Of a stretch of DNA of 64,000 nucleotides, positions 16,726-26,192 are shown piece by piece. The DNA is taken from the NCBI GenBank assembly GCA_012729475.1, contig JAAYDB010000068.1, forward strand, positions 23,697 through 87,696, in the 5' to 3' direction. The DNA is from Bacteroidota bacterium. Its GTDB lineage: Bacteria; Bacteroidota; Bacteroidia; Bacteroidales; VadinHA17. The notes under the pieces are model-generated. The model was not told the DNA's origin, made no database searches, and worked only from the letters and a program-made list of their open reading frames with translations. Position 1 is the stretch's first letter. Every line of letters starts with the position of its first letter. The position numbers and the translations under genes were made by a program.

Positions 16726-19700
16726 TTAAAAATCTTTTACCCACCTGACTGCATCAGCAATAACATATTTTCCTTCTGACATGTTTGTAATCACAACTCT
16801 GGCAGTATCGGAAGACAGGTAATATCTTCCCAGGTTATTCCATCCGCCCCGGGCATTCTGATAATCAAATGTAAGTTCTTCAATGCCTTCATTATGGTAT
16901 ATTTTAAGGTGTATGTCTTTTACTGACTGATCAGCCGGACTTACATCTCCACCTGTTGACACGGGACGAGTTGGCCTTCCCTGACTTTCTCCTGCCGGAC
17001 CACCTGTCCTGTCTCTCCTGATGTCCTGTTCAATTGCTTTTCCGACATAAAAATATATATTGTAATAACCCGGTTCTCTGATGACAGCATTCCATGATGC
17101 TTCCTGAGTGTTATTACCTGATCGTGTATATACAGCGGAAAGGATGTATTTCCCATAGTAATCCGGTTGCACAACAGGTTGCCAGTGTTCGGGTGCATAC
17201 CTTTGATTTATTTGTTGATAGGAAAAAGAATTCTCATTGCTGATCCCTAATATTCTTTTCAGAGGGCTGTTATCTGTTTTTTCATTTACGATAAAACCCG
17301 GATCTTCATTATCAACAATAATCTCAAGCGGATTACTGTAATCAGGGATTGATTCAAGCAGTATTTCTCCTTCGAAAGGCTTCGTCCCGGCAGGAGAATT
17401 ATTAATATTATTTATGTTCCAGACAATTAATCCGGGAATATTTTTGGAGACGAGCGTATTGACCATCATCACTCTGGGTTCTGCATCCAGTGTCAGGCCT
17501 ACTTTTCTGGCTTCTCCCGGCCCTAAAACCACTATTTTTGAAATATTTGAAGCATCAGGAATATTGCTCCCGCCATCATTGCTATTATTACTTCCTCCTT
17601 CAGCAGCCATTAATAAAGGAGCTCCGCCACGCAATCCACTTCTGCCGCCCACAGGACCTGTTCTGAATGATACAGTGAACAGTCCCGCTACAGGTTCAGG
17701 ATTTGATGCAGTGAAAGTGACCTGGTATCTCTGCCTGTTGTCGATAATTATCTGTGACACCTGTAAGCTTGTTATATTAAACGCTGCTTGTTCTTTTGCA
17801 TTAAACCACTCATCAAGAAAGGGATAAAACTCAAAACCGAAATTGTTTTTTATATCCTTGTTAAACTGGTCAGCACTTACACTTCTAAACTGATTATTGT
17901 CAATATATTTTTTAAACCATGTATTGAATTCATCAATACCTGCTTTTGCCCTGAGCAGATTGAAAAGGTAATCACCTTTCAGTGTCAGTATCTTTCTGAT
18001 TGTATCACTTGAAGGGTTTTTTGACAGAATTTCATTTAAACTGTAATTACTGAGGACAAGGTTAGCCTTATCATAATCGCTTAATCCAGGTGTCGAACCA
18101 TAATAACCTGTAGTCTGTGACGGTGGAGTCACTTTTTGCAGATGAGACTCAAACACTGCGTTTATTACCGGGTATTTAAATGAGTAAAAATTATTCCTGA
18201 AGAAATAGAAACTGGGGGACAGTCTGTAACGTACAGGTTCATTTATAGCCACTCCGTCGATGTATCTGAAATTTTCTCCGCTGATAAATGAATTTCTGAT
18301 AAAATCGTTAAATAGTCTGACCTGAAGATCTTTATCGGTTATGATCTGATTATTTCTGGCCATTCTTTTTTTCTGCCTGATCATTTGTTTCCGGAAACCG
18401 GCATTTCTCATGGTTACCAGCTTTTCAGGCAAAAGCACCATTGAGGGCTGTAATTCAGCTCTTGTCTGGGTACTCATCCTGGGATATGAATAGAACTGAA
18501 CAGGAACCTCCAGGAAGCTTAGTGTTTTAAAGGGGTAGGTGGTGGAAAAAGTTGCTTCCAGTTCTCTCATGATACCGGAAACAAGATATGACATTGTGTC
18601 CTTCAGTCCGGAGAGATCATTTTTATAATAATCATTACCTTCGAAATAATGGATGATGTAATTTATAGAATCTACTTCCAGGGTGTCGGAACAATAATTC
18701 CCTATAGCGAGGGTAAGTCCGGTGAGAGGCGATTCAGGACTGTAACAGAAACAGTCACCTTCTTTTTTCATCAGCCCCTGTGAAACAGCTCTTAATCCTT
18801 CAGAAGTATTTACCCGCAGGTGAAAACTGGTGAAATCAACCTTTATCCTGGCGGGATTAGACGGATAGTAGTTTAATCCGGGCACAGGATACCAGTGAGT
18901 CTCAGGGGTCAGAAGAACATATCTTTCTGTGAGAAAAGCCTGTCGTTTGTTGACATTCAGAAATTCTATACTGTAAGGATTGTCATTTATACTGCCTGAA
19001 TAGTCGGGATAACAGAATGCTTCATTTATAGTACCCGAATAGGAAATAGTTATTGAATCAGTTTGTCCGTGATATAATGGTTTTTGGGCTTCCACCTCAG
19101 TGATATGATTCACTGTTCTGTATTTCAACTCAGTATTATTACGGACGATACTGTTGATTTTTAGTCCCGGGTTCAGTGAAAAGAAGTACTTATCTATTGA
19201 ATCGTTATTGTTATTGGTCAAGGAAAGTGTGGCAGTGGCCTGTATGGTTTCCCCTGCATGTAACAGATCAATGGAAGCAGAAGTCAGGGAAAGGGTTTCG
19301 GAATGTTCAAATTCCCTGGCGGCTTCAATAACCATTTTCCTGTCATGGAGTGCTGTTTTATAAAGTGAAACAGTATTTAATCCGCAGATGAATGAACCGG
19401 CAAATGTGAAGATCATCAGGGCAATGCTTACCCCGGTATGGATTTTTGACTGAGGAGGCCTGTTGAAAAGGAGAACAGACGCACAGGCAAGAGAAATACC
19501 CAGCAAACCATACATCAGACGCTGATTGATAATAAGTTCCGGATTATCGAATCCGATAACTCCGGATTTAAACACAGGAAGGCCAAAAGCCATGTAATCG
19601 AAAAAAGACCCAAAACGGTAATAGAGCCAGAACAGATTAAGTGCCGCAATACCCAGGAGGATAAGGAAGGTAAGGGCCTGGTTTCTCAGTATCAGCATTA

Positions 19701-20211
19701 ACAAGAAGGAAAGACCGAGGCTGAAGAGTAAAGTAGGTACACATATTATTATCAGGTATGTGACATAAGACAGCAGATCGACTGTCATGCTTTTCGAAAT
19801 GACATTAATGATCAGTGCTATAAGAAGTATTATTATATCCAGGCCGAGAAACAATTTGAGTATACCCCATGTTTTACCTGTCACATATTCAAGGTTTGAC
19901 ATAGGCCGGGTATAAAGGACCTCATTGGTGTCAATCTTTTTGTCTCTTCTGAGGAAATCAGCTGCGAGAAAGATAACAAGAACTGACTGTGCTATATTAA
20001 GCAGATACAAATTCAGCAGAGGAACGGAAGAGGGGATGGCAACAAGCTCCCATGATTCATCTCCTATAGGGGAGAATAGACCCAGATTCAAGAAAGTGAA
20101 GATAAGCAGGGCTCCTATTGAAAAAAGCCTGAAGAAGAGACTTCTTCTGAGAATTGTTGCTTCGTAGCGGGCAATGGTTTTTATATTGTGAAAAAAGGAT
20201 ATATTGTTCAT
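16726..20211 (-). CDS. ABC-2-like permease (about 7 TM) fused to a roughly 880-aa extracytoplasmic domain of unknown function
   Basis: 1161 aa. The first roughly 280 aa contain about 7 hydrophobic helices. The remainder is hydrophilic, with Gly-rich linkers (GPVGGRSGLRGGAPLLMAAEGGSNNSNDGGSN; TGGPAGESQGRPTRPVSTGG) and a C-terminal module ending ...GGWNNLGRYYLSSDTARVVITNMSEGKYVIADAVRWVKDF. The start ATG overlaps the stop of the upstream ATPase gene by 1 nt. Confidence 0.7.
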   Translation of the reverse strand: MNNISFFHNIKTIARYEATILRRSLFFRLFSIGALLIFTFLNLGLFSPIGDESWELVAIPSSVPLLNLYLLNIAQSVLVIFLAADFLRRDKKIDTNEVLYTRPMSNLEYVTGKTWGILKLFLGLDIIILLIALIINVISKSMTVDLLSYVTYLIIICVPTLLFSLGLSFLLMLILRNQALTFLILLGIAALNLFWLYYRFGSFFDYMAFGLPVFKSGVIGFDNPELIINQRLMYGLLGISLACASVLLFNRPPQSKIHTGVSIALMIFTFAGSFICGLNTVSLYKTALHDRKMVIEAAREFEHSETLSLTSASIDLLHAGETIQATATLSLTNNNNDSIDKYFFSLNPGLKINSIVRNNTELKYRTVNHITEVEAQKPLYHGQTDSITISYSGTINEAFCYPDYSGSINDNPYSIEFLNVNKRQAFLTERYVLLTPETHWYPVPGLNYYPSNPARIKVDFTSFHLRVNTSEGLRAVSQGLMKKEGDCFCYSPESPLTGLTLAIGNYCSDTLEVDSINYIIHYFEGNDYYKNDLSGLKDTMSYLVSGIMRELEATFSTTYPFKTLSFLEVPVQFYSYPRMSTQTRAELQPSMVLLPEKLVTMRNAGFRKQMIRQKKRMARNNQIITDKDLQVRLFNDFIRNSFISGENFRYIDGVAINEPVRYRLSPSFYFFRNNFYSFKYPVINAVFESHLQKVTPPSQTTGYYGSTPGLSDYDKANLVLSNYSLNEILSKNPSSDTIRKILTLKGDYLFNLLRAKAGIDEFNTWFKKYIDNNQFRSVSADQFNKDIKNNFGFEFYPFLDEWFNAKEQAAFNITSLQVSQIIIDNRQRYQVTFTASNPEPVAGLFTVSFRTGPVGGRSGLRGGAPLLMAAEGGSNNSNDGGSNIPDASNISKIVVLGPGEARKVGLTLDAEPRVMMVNTLVSKNIPGLIVWNINNINNSPAGTKPFEGEILLESIPDYSNPLEIIVDNEDPGFIVNEKTDNSPLKRILGISNENSFSYQQINQRYAPEHWQPVVQPDYYGKYILSAVYTRSGNNTQEASWNAVIREPGYYNIYFYVGKAIEQDIRRDRTGGPAGESQGRPTRPVSTGGDVSPADQSVKDIHLKIYHNEGIEELTFDYQNARGGWNNLGRYYLSSDTARVVITNMSEGKYVIADAVRWVKDF

Positions 20212-21104
20212 TACTCGCTTAAATGGGTTTGTAACCTGTGTTCCATGTAATAGACATAAGCATGTTCTATGCCGGGAGTGATAGCCAGTGATTCATATAC
20301 CGGTGTCTTATCTGAAACAATCTGCACATCCCACCCATTTTCTGTAGGTATTGTAGATATAATATCGTATTGATCTTTTGCTTTTTCGTATTCCACAGGT
20401 GAAAGGCTAAGGTTAAATACGTGGCCTTCTGCCTTTTTAATCAGGTTTTCCGGGGGTCCTGAGAAAACCAGTTCTCCTTTGTTAAGGAGTGCCATGCTCT
20501 GGCATGTTGACGAGATATCACCCACAATATGTGTTGAAAGGATTATTGTAACATTGTTTTGTGACAACTGTGAAAGAATGTTTCTGAATCTTATTCTCTC
20601 GTCAGGATCTAGGCCGGTAGTGGGTTCGTCAACAACTATTACAGATGGATTGCCAATAAGAGCCTGGGCTATTCCCAGCCGTCTTTTCATACCTCCTGAC
20701 AGTTTATTGGCCTGTCTGTCGCGGACTTCGAATAATCCAACCTGGTCAAGCAGCCTGTCAACTTCCGACATACGCTTTTTCCTGTTCTTCATTCCTGTCA
20801 GAGAACCTGAATAATCAAGGAATTCCCATGTTTTAAGAGAAGAAAAAAACCTGAAATCCTGGGGCAGATAGCCAAGTATACCGCGTAAGAGCTTTCTGTG
20901 GTACTGAATATCTTTTCCATCAATGAGTATTCTGCCTGAAGAGGGTTTCAGAAGGGTTACCATTATCTTCATCAGGGTTGATTTTCCAGCTCCGTTAGGC
21001 CCCAGTAAACCAAACATACCCCTCCCGAACTTGAGATTTATTTCTTTAAGGGCATGATTGCCATTAGGATATACCTTGCTTAGATTTTCTATTTCAATAA
21101 TCAT
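20211..21104 (-). CDS. ABC transporter ATP-binding protein (ABC-2/DrrA-like), first gene of the operon
   Basis: 297 aa. Walker A [12 protein letters not shown], Q-loop GYLPQD, signature LSGGMKRR, Walker B [10 protein letters not shown], H-loop STHI. Confidence 0.92.
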   Translation of the reverse strand: [297 protein letters not shown]

Positions 21105-21166
21105 TAAAAAAGAAAGATAAGGGATTGTTCTTTTCTTTAATGTTATAAAGACGTCAATTATTCCAA

Positions 21167-22465
21167 ATGTTGCATATAAAATTCATATTTTTGTATGCTA
21201 ATATTTTTAATGTGGCCTATAAAACAAACAAACGAAAAATTATTAACGATCCGGTTTATGGATTTATAAATATTCCCTCTGATCTCATATTTGATCTTAT
21301 TGAACATCCCTGGTTTCAGAGATTAAGGAACATTAAGCAGTTGGGCCTGACCAGTTTTGTCTATCCGGGAGCTAACCATACTCGTTTTCAACATTGTCTG
21401 GGAGCTATGCATCTGATGGATATTGCTGTCAAAACATTAAAGAACAAAGGAACGAAAATTTCTTCTGATGAAGAAGAGGCTGTTTTATGTGCCATCCTTT
21501 TGCATGATGCAGGCCACGGACCTTTTTCCCATTCACTTGAGAGGACTATTATAAACGGTATTACTCATGAGGATCTTTCTTTATTCCTTATGCAAATGCT
21601 CAACAGAGAATTCAAGGGCAGACTTGATCTGGCAATTGAGATATTTAAAGGTACTTATGAGAGGAGATTTTTCCATGAACTGATAGCCAGTCAGCTTGAT
21701 ATGGACAGACTGGATTATTTACGCAGAGACTCTTTTTTCACAGGGGTTATTGAAGGATCTGTCGGTTCAGACCGGATAATACAGATGCTTAATGTAGTAG
21801 ATGATTCCCTGGTAATAGATGAAAAAGGCATCTATTCACTTGAGAAATTTCTTATAGCAAGACGTCTTATGTATTGGCAGGTTTATATGCATAAAGCTGT
21901 AATAGCCTCTGAGACCTTATTGGTAAAAGTGCTTAACCGGGCAAAAGAACTGGCTTTGAAAGGAACAGATATTTATGCTACACCAGCCCTGAAATTTTTT
22001 CTTAATAACCGGATCGGACCTGACGATCTTTTCCGTGAAGGTATGTTTTCTCCGGGAATAATAGCTTTCCAGTTTACCCGGCTTGATGATACAGATGTTC
22101 TTGTATCTTCAAAATACTGGGCAGATGAATCTGATACCGTCCTTTCTGATCTGTCAGCAAGGCTGATGAGAAGGGATCTTTTTGCTGTGGAATTACAGGA
22201 TGAACCTTTCGCAGCAGAAAGAATAGATCAACTCAGGAGCCTTGCAGCAGAACAAATGGGTATCAGTCCTGAAACATCAGATTATTATGTATTTACAAGT
22301 AGTATTTCCAATCTTGCCTACACACTTGAATCTCCTGAAATAAAGATCCTGTTGAAATCAGGAAAAACAGATGATATATCTGTTGTTTCAAATATGTGCG
22401 ACAACAGGTTCATTTCGGAGAGAGATACGAAATATTTTCTTAGTTATCCAAAAGAATGCCGATAA
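21167..22465 (+). CDS. HD domain-containing phosphohydrolase (dGTPase/SAMHD1-like superfamily)
   Basis: KIINDPVYGFINIP N-terminal motif, HD signature RFQHCLGAMH...LLHDAGHGPFSH, later DMDRLDYLRRD. The first 15 codons (MLHIKFIFLYANIFN) look non-native. GTG at 21212 (giving MAYKTNKRKIINDP) behind a TATTTTTG -7 box at 21186..21193 is a plausible true start. Confidence 0.85.
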   Translation: MLHIKFIFLYANIFNVAYKTNKRKIINDPVYGFINIPSDLIFDLIEHPWFQRLRNIKQLGLTSFVYPGANHTRFQHCLGAMHLMDIAVKTLKNKGTKISSDEEEAVLCAILLHDAGHGPFSHSLERTIINGITHEDLSLFLMQMLNREFKGRLDLAIEIFKGTYERRFFHELIASQLDMDRLDYLRRDSFFTGVIEGSVGSDRIIQMLNVVDDSLVIDEKGIYSLEKFLIARRLMYWQVYMHKAVIASETLLVKVLNRAKELALKGTDIYATPALKFFLNNRIGPDDLFREGMFSPGIIAFQFTRLDDTDVLVSSKYWADESDTVLSDLSARLMRRDLFAVELQDEPFAAERIDQLRSLAAEQMGISPETSDYYVFTSSISNLAYTLESPEIKILLKSGKTDDISVVSNMCDNRFISERDTKYFLSYPKECR

Positions 22466-22477
22466 AAAATACTTATT

Positions 22478-23515
22478 ATGAAATTTACTGCTGCTGCAAT
22501 AGCCGGATTCCTTAATGGAGAAATTGAAGGCAATCCGGAAACAACAGTTGATACTGTTGCAAAAATAGAAGAAGGTCGGAAAGGAGCTCTTTCATTTCTG
22601 GCCAACCCGAAATATGAGCACTATCTGTACACAACACAATCCTCTGTTGTCCTTGTGAACAAGGATTTTATTCCGGCTTCGAAAGTTGAGCCCACGCTGA
22701 TAAGAGTTGGGAATGCCTATGAGGCCTTTGCATCCCTTTTACGCATGGTTGAACAATCTGTAAGTAAAAAGAAGGGTATTCATCCAACAGCTGTTATTGA
22801 GCCTTCTGCAAAAATAGGAGAAGATGTCTATATAGGTGCTTTTTCATATATAGGCGAAAACTGTGTTGTAGGGAATAATAATGCTGTCTGGCCTCATGTA
22901 TACATCGGAGATAATTCACGGACAGGGTCAGACTGTACTTTTTATCCGGGAGTTAAGATATACCATGATTGCATTATAGGTGAGCAATGTACCATACATG
23001 CCGGAACGGTTATTGGCAGTGACGGTTTCGGATTTGCACCACAGACTGAGTCGGAGTTCATTAAAATACCACAACTTGGGAATGTTATCATAGAAGATCA
23101 TGTGGAAATAGGAGCTAATGTTGCTATCGACAGGGCTACGATGGGTTCAACAATTATCCGGAGAGGAGTGAAGCTGGATAATCTTATTCAGGTCGGACAT
23201 AATGTAGAGATAGGAGAAAACACAGTTATAGCTGCTCAGACAGGAGTGGCAGGATCGACCAGGATTGGTAAAAACTGTATGTTTGCCGGCCAGGTGGGTA
23301 TTGCAGGTCACCTTAAGATAGCTGATGGAACAAAACTGGGAGCTCAGGCCGGTATTGCAGGAGACATAAAAAATGAGAATTCCATTTATACAGGATATCC
23401 CGCCATTGATCACAGGAATTTTCTCAGGTCGTCAATCGTATTTAAAAAACTGCCGGAACTGAAAGCCAGAATAGATGAACTTGAAAGGACATTGAAATCA
23501 CTCACTGAGAAGTAG
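22478..23515 (+). CDS. lpxD: UDP-3-O-(3-hydroxyacyl)glucosamine N-acyltransferase
   Basis: 345 aa. N-terminal [16 protein letters not shown]... followed by a long left-handed beta-helix of hexapeptide repeats (IGxxxxIG pattern). Sits in the lpxD-lpxC/fabZ-lpxA gene order. Confidence 0.9.
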   Translation: MKFTAAAIAGFLNGEIEGNPETTVDTVAKIEEGRKGALSFLANPKYEHYLYTTQSSVVLVNKDFIPASKVEPTLIRVGNAYEAFASLLRMVEQSVSKKKGIHPTAVIEPSAKIGEDVYIGAFSYIGENCVVGNNNAVWPHVYIGDNSRTGSDCTFYPGVKIYHDCIIGEQCTIHAGTVIGSDGFGFAPQTESEFIKIPQLGNVIIEDHVEIGANVAIDRATMGSTIIRRGVKLDNLIQVGHNVEIGENTVIAAQTGVAGSTRIGKNCMFAGQVGIAGHLKIADGTKLGAQAGIAGDIKNENSIYTGYPAIDHRNFLRSSIVFKKLPELKARIDELERTLKSLTEK

Positions 23516-23630
23516 ATTATATTTTGGGTTTTAAAAGGCGCTACTGTTTATTATTCAATAACAAATTTTAGTTTATTGCTTTATTTTTGTTTTTTTTGTA
23601 CCGGAATTACGGATCAAATTAATCTTATTG

Positions 23631-25028
23631 ATGATAGAAAAGCAAAGAACTCTTGCAAAAGAAGTTAGTCTTAAAGGAAAAGGATTACACAGCGGACTGA
23701 CCGTTACTATTACTTTTAAACCTGCTCCGGCAAACCATGGTTATAAATTTTGCCGCGTTGATCTTCCGGGTAAACCGGTAATTGACGCTTTGGCAGAGAA
23801 TGTTACTGATACATCAAGGGGAACAACATTAGCTCAGGGCGATGCTTCTGTCGCCACAATAGAACATGTACTTGCTGCCCTTCATGGTTTACAGGTTGAC
23901 AATGCCCTGATAGAACTTGACGGACCTGAAGCCCCTATCATGGGTGGAGGATCGTGGTCTTTCACTCAGGTAATAAAAGAAGCTGGTTATATTGAACATA
24001 AAGAAGACCGTAATTATTATCAGGTAAAACAAAAGGTTGCCTTTTCCGACGAGGAGCATGGAGTTGATCTTATTGTATATCCTGATGATCATCTGAGCAT
24101 TAATGTGCTGATAGATTACAACTCCAAAATCCTTGGTAATCAATATGCCATTCTGGATCATATAGAAGATTTTGAAGAAGAGATATCCAGGAGCAGGACT
24201 TTTGTCTTTTTTCATGAACTGGAACCTTTACATAATATGGGTCTTATCAAAGGAGGTGATCTTGATAATGCTATAGTTATCCTTGAAAAAGAAGTTGATC
24301 AGCATGAGATTGACCGCATAGCAAAGTTATTCAACAGGCCTGGAATAAACACTCATAAGGCAGGCATTCTTAATAATACCGAATTGCGGTATCCCAATGA
24401 ACCTGCCAGACATAAACTTCTTGATATAATGGGAGACCTTGCACTGGTCGGCCATCCTATTAAGGGTAAGGTAGTTGCCACACGCCCCGGACATTATGCC
24501 AACACCCGGCTGGCTAAACTGATGAGGCAGGAAATGAAGAAGTCTCTTTCAAAAAAGAGCATCCCTTTCTATGATCCAGCCGAACCTCCTGTCTTTACGA
24601 TTGAAGATATCAAAAAGAGGTTACCCCACCGTCCTCCTTTCCTTCTTGTTGATAAAATAATATCTCTTGACGAAAACTGTGTTATCGGGATCAAAAATGT
24701 ATCATATAACGAACCTTTTTTTCAGGGTCATTTCCCCGACGAACCTGTTATGCCAGGAGTCCTTCTTGTGGAAGCTCTTGCACAGACCGGCGGACTGCTT
24801 GTTCTTGCGAATATAGAAGATCCGGAAAATTATTCAACATATTTTCTGAAGATAGATAAGCTTAAATTCAAACAGAAAGTTGTTCCCGGAGATACTGTAA
24901 TACTTAAAATGGAAATGATTGAGCCTATGCGGAGAGGTATAGTTGCGATGTACGGACAGGCCTTTGTACATAATAAACTGGTCGTTGAAGGAGAAATGAT
25001 AGCTCAGGTAATAAAGAACAAAATTTAA
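23631..25028 (+). CDS. lpxC/fabZ: Bifunctional UDP-3-O-acyl-GlcNAc deacetylase / 3-hydroxyacyl-ACP dehydratase
   Basis: The N-terminal two thirds are LpxC-like (GKGLHSGLTVTITFKPAP, TIEHVLAAL, HKLLDIMGDLAL). The C-terminal roughly 150 aa are FabZ-like (LPHRPPFLLVDKI, FFQGHFPDEPVMPGVLLVEALAQ). ATG 23631 preferred to the TTG at 23628 used by the track. Confidence 0.92.
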   Translation: MIEKQRTLAKEVSLKGKGLHSGLTVTITFKPAPANHGYKFCRVDLPGKPVIDALAENVTDTSRGTTLAQGDASVATIEHVLAALHGLQVDNALIELDGPEAPIMGGGSWSFTQVIKEAGYIEHKEDRNYYQVKQKVAFSDEEHGVDLIVYPDDHLSINVLIDYNSKILGNQYAILDHIEDFEEEISRSRTFVFFHELEPLHNMGLIKGGDLDNAIVILEKEVDQHEIDRIAKLFNRPGINTHKAGILNNTELRYPNEPARHKLLDIMGDLALVGHPIKGKVVATRPGHYANTRLAKLMRQEMKKSLSKKSIPFYDPAEPPVFTIEDIKKRLPHRPPFLLVDKIISLDENCVIGIKNVSYNEPFFQGHFPDEPVMPGVLLVEALAQTGGLLVLANIEDPENYSTYFLKIDKLKFKQKVVPGDTVILKMEMIEPMRRGIVAMYGQAFVHNKLVVEGEMIAQVIKNKI

Positions 25029-25032
25029 ATTC

Positions 25033-25809
25033 ATGATCTCAGATTTAGCATATGTTCATCCAGATGCCAGACTGGCCGGAAATGTTATTGTTGAGCCTTT
25101 TGCTTATATCGCTGGGGATGTTGTGATTGGAGAAAGTACATGGATTGGACCGAATGCTACTGTAATGGATGGGGCCCGGATTGGAAGAGACTGCAAAATC
25201 TTTCCTTCTGCAGTTATTTCAGGGATACCTCAGGATCTTAAATTCCGGGGAGAAAAGACCACAGCTGAGATAGGTGACCGTACCACTGTCAGAGAAGCTG
25301 TAACAGTCAACAGGGGCACTGCAGCCTCCGGTAAAACAATAGTCGGGAATGATTGTCTGCTTATGGCATATTCACATATAGGCCACGACTGCATGATAGG
25401 GAATAACTGTATTATTGGTAATAACAGCGGACTGGCAGGTGAGGTAAAGGTTGATAACTGGGCTATACTTAGTGCCGGCACTCTGGTTCACCAGTTTACA
25501 AGGATTGGAGCGCATGTCATTATTGGAGGCGGCGCAAAAGTGAGAATCGATGTACCTCCCTATATTAAAGCCGACAGAGAACCACTCTGCTATTTGGGAT
25601 TAAATACCGTAGGACTTTCCCGCCGTGGCTTTGAAAAACAAAGGATCGATGATATCCACAACATTTACAGGATAATATATCAGAACGGCATGAATTTCTC
25701 ACAGGCTATCAGTCATCTCGAGAATACATTCCCTCAGACACCCGACAGAGACTATATCATTGATTTTATAAAGAAATCAGAACGTGGAGTCATAAGAGGC
25801 CCCAGATAG
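25033..25809 (+). CDS. lpxA: Acyl-ACP--UDP-N-acetylglucosamine O-acyltransferase
   Basis: 258 aa. Hexapeptide-repeat beta-helix followed by a helical C-terminal domain (GLNTVGLSRRGF). Position directly after lpxC/fabZ. Confidence 0.9.
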   Translation: MISDLAYVHPDARLAGNVIVEPFAYIAGDVVIGESTWIGPNATVMDGARIGRDCKIFPSAVISGIPQDLKFRGEKTTAEIGDRTTVREAVTVNRGTAASGKTIVGNDCLLMAYSHIGHDCMIGNNCIIGNNSGLAGEVKVDNWAILSAGTLVHQFTRIGAHVIIGGGAKVRIDVPPYIKADREPLCYLGLNTVGLSRRGFEKQRIDDIHNIYRIIYQNGMNFSQAISHLENTFPQTPDRDYIIDFIKKSERGVIRGPR

Positions 25810-25817
25810 AACTGCCT

Positions 25818-26192
25818 TCATAAATGTACAATATCACGCCCGAATGGGGTCAGCCCCAATGATGTGAGTTTGAAATGCTGCAGACCGAAAGGAATACCTA
25901 TAATGGTGATACATAGCACCAACCCCAGAAGTGCATGTGTGAGAGCTATCCATATACCCCCGAAAATCAACCATATAACATTCATTAGAATGTAAAGGCA
26001 GCCGGACGATCTCGAATGGACCCGCGAATCCCGTCCGAAAGGCCATACTGCCAAAGAAGCCATTTTAAGGGTCTGAAGACCGAAAGGTATCCCAATGATG
26101 GTTATCATCAGGGCAATGCTTCCTATCAGATACTCTATCGCTATGATAATACCTCCCAGAAGAAGCCAGATGAGGTTGCCAATGATTTTCAT
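25818..26192 (-). CDS. yccF: YccF domain-containing inner membrane protein
   Basis: 124 aa with two repeated halves, each carrying NxIWLxxGGxxIA...ITIIGIPFGLQ, the hallmark of YccF. Confidence 0.8.
   Translation of the reverse strand: MKIIGNLIWLLLGGIIIAIEYLIGSIALMITIIGIPFGLQTLKMASLAVWPFGRDSRVHSRSSGCLYILMNVIWLIFGGIWIALTHALLGLVLCITIIGIPFGLQHFKLTSLGLTPFGRDIVHL

Noticed and set aside
16670-16744. GTG-initiated 25-codon extension of the TolC-like ORF (MGKRFLTAQKRYCHLLSLILSNKII)
   Set aside because: It overlaps the preceding gene by 19 nt and precedes a clean signal peptide that starts at ATG 16669.
16726-20211. Calling the 1161-aa protein an ABC permease / M1 aminopeptidase fusion
   Set aside because: The overall layout is reminiscent of that fusion, but I found no HEXXH zinc motif and no GAMEN-type exopeptidase motif in the sequence, so a peptidase call is unsupported. 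Kept as a domain of unknown function.
6344-20814. Many 60-160-aa ORFs in the track inside the efflux operon (for example 6344..6643, 6718..7119, 8870..9352, 12639..13001, 14036..14335, 14884..15252, 15444..15926, 17414..17827, 20479..20814)
   Set aside because: All are antisense or out-of-frame within long ORFs that carry unambiguous family motifs. Their compositions (Ser/Leu/Ile/Arg-rich) are typical of shadow frames in AT-rich coding DNA.
23631-25028. The LpxC-FabZ fusion as a novelty
   Set aside because: This bifunctional fusion is an established hallmark of Bacteroidota. Useful as a taxonomic marker only.
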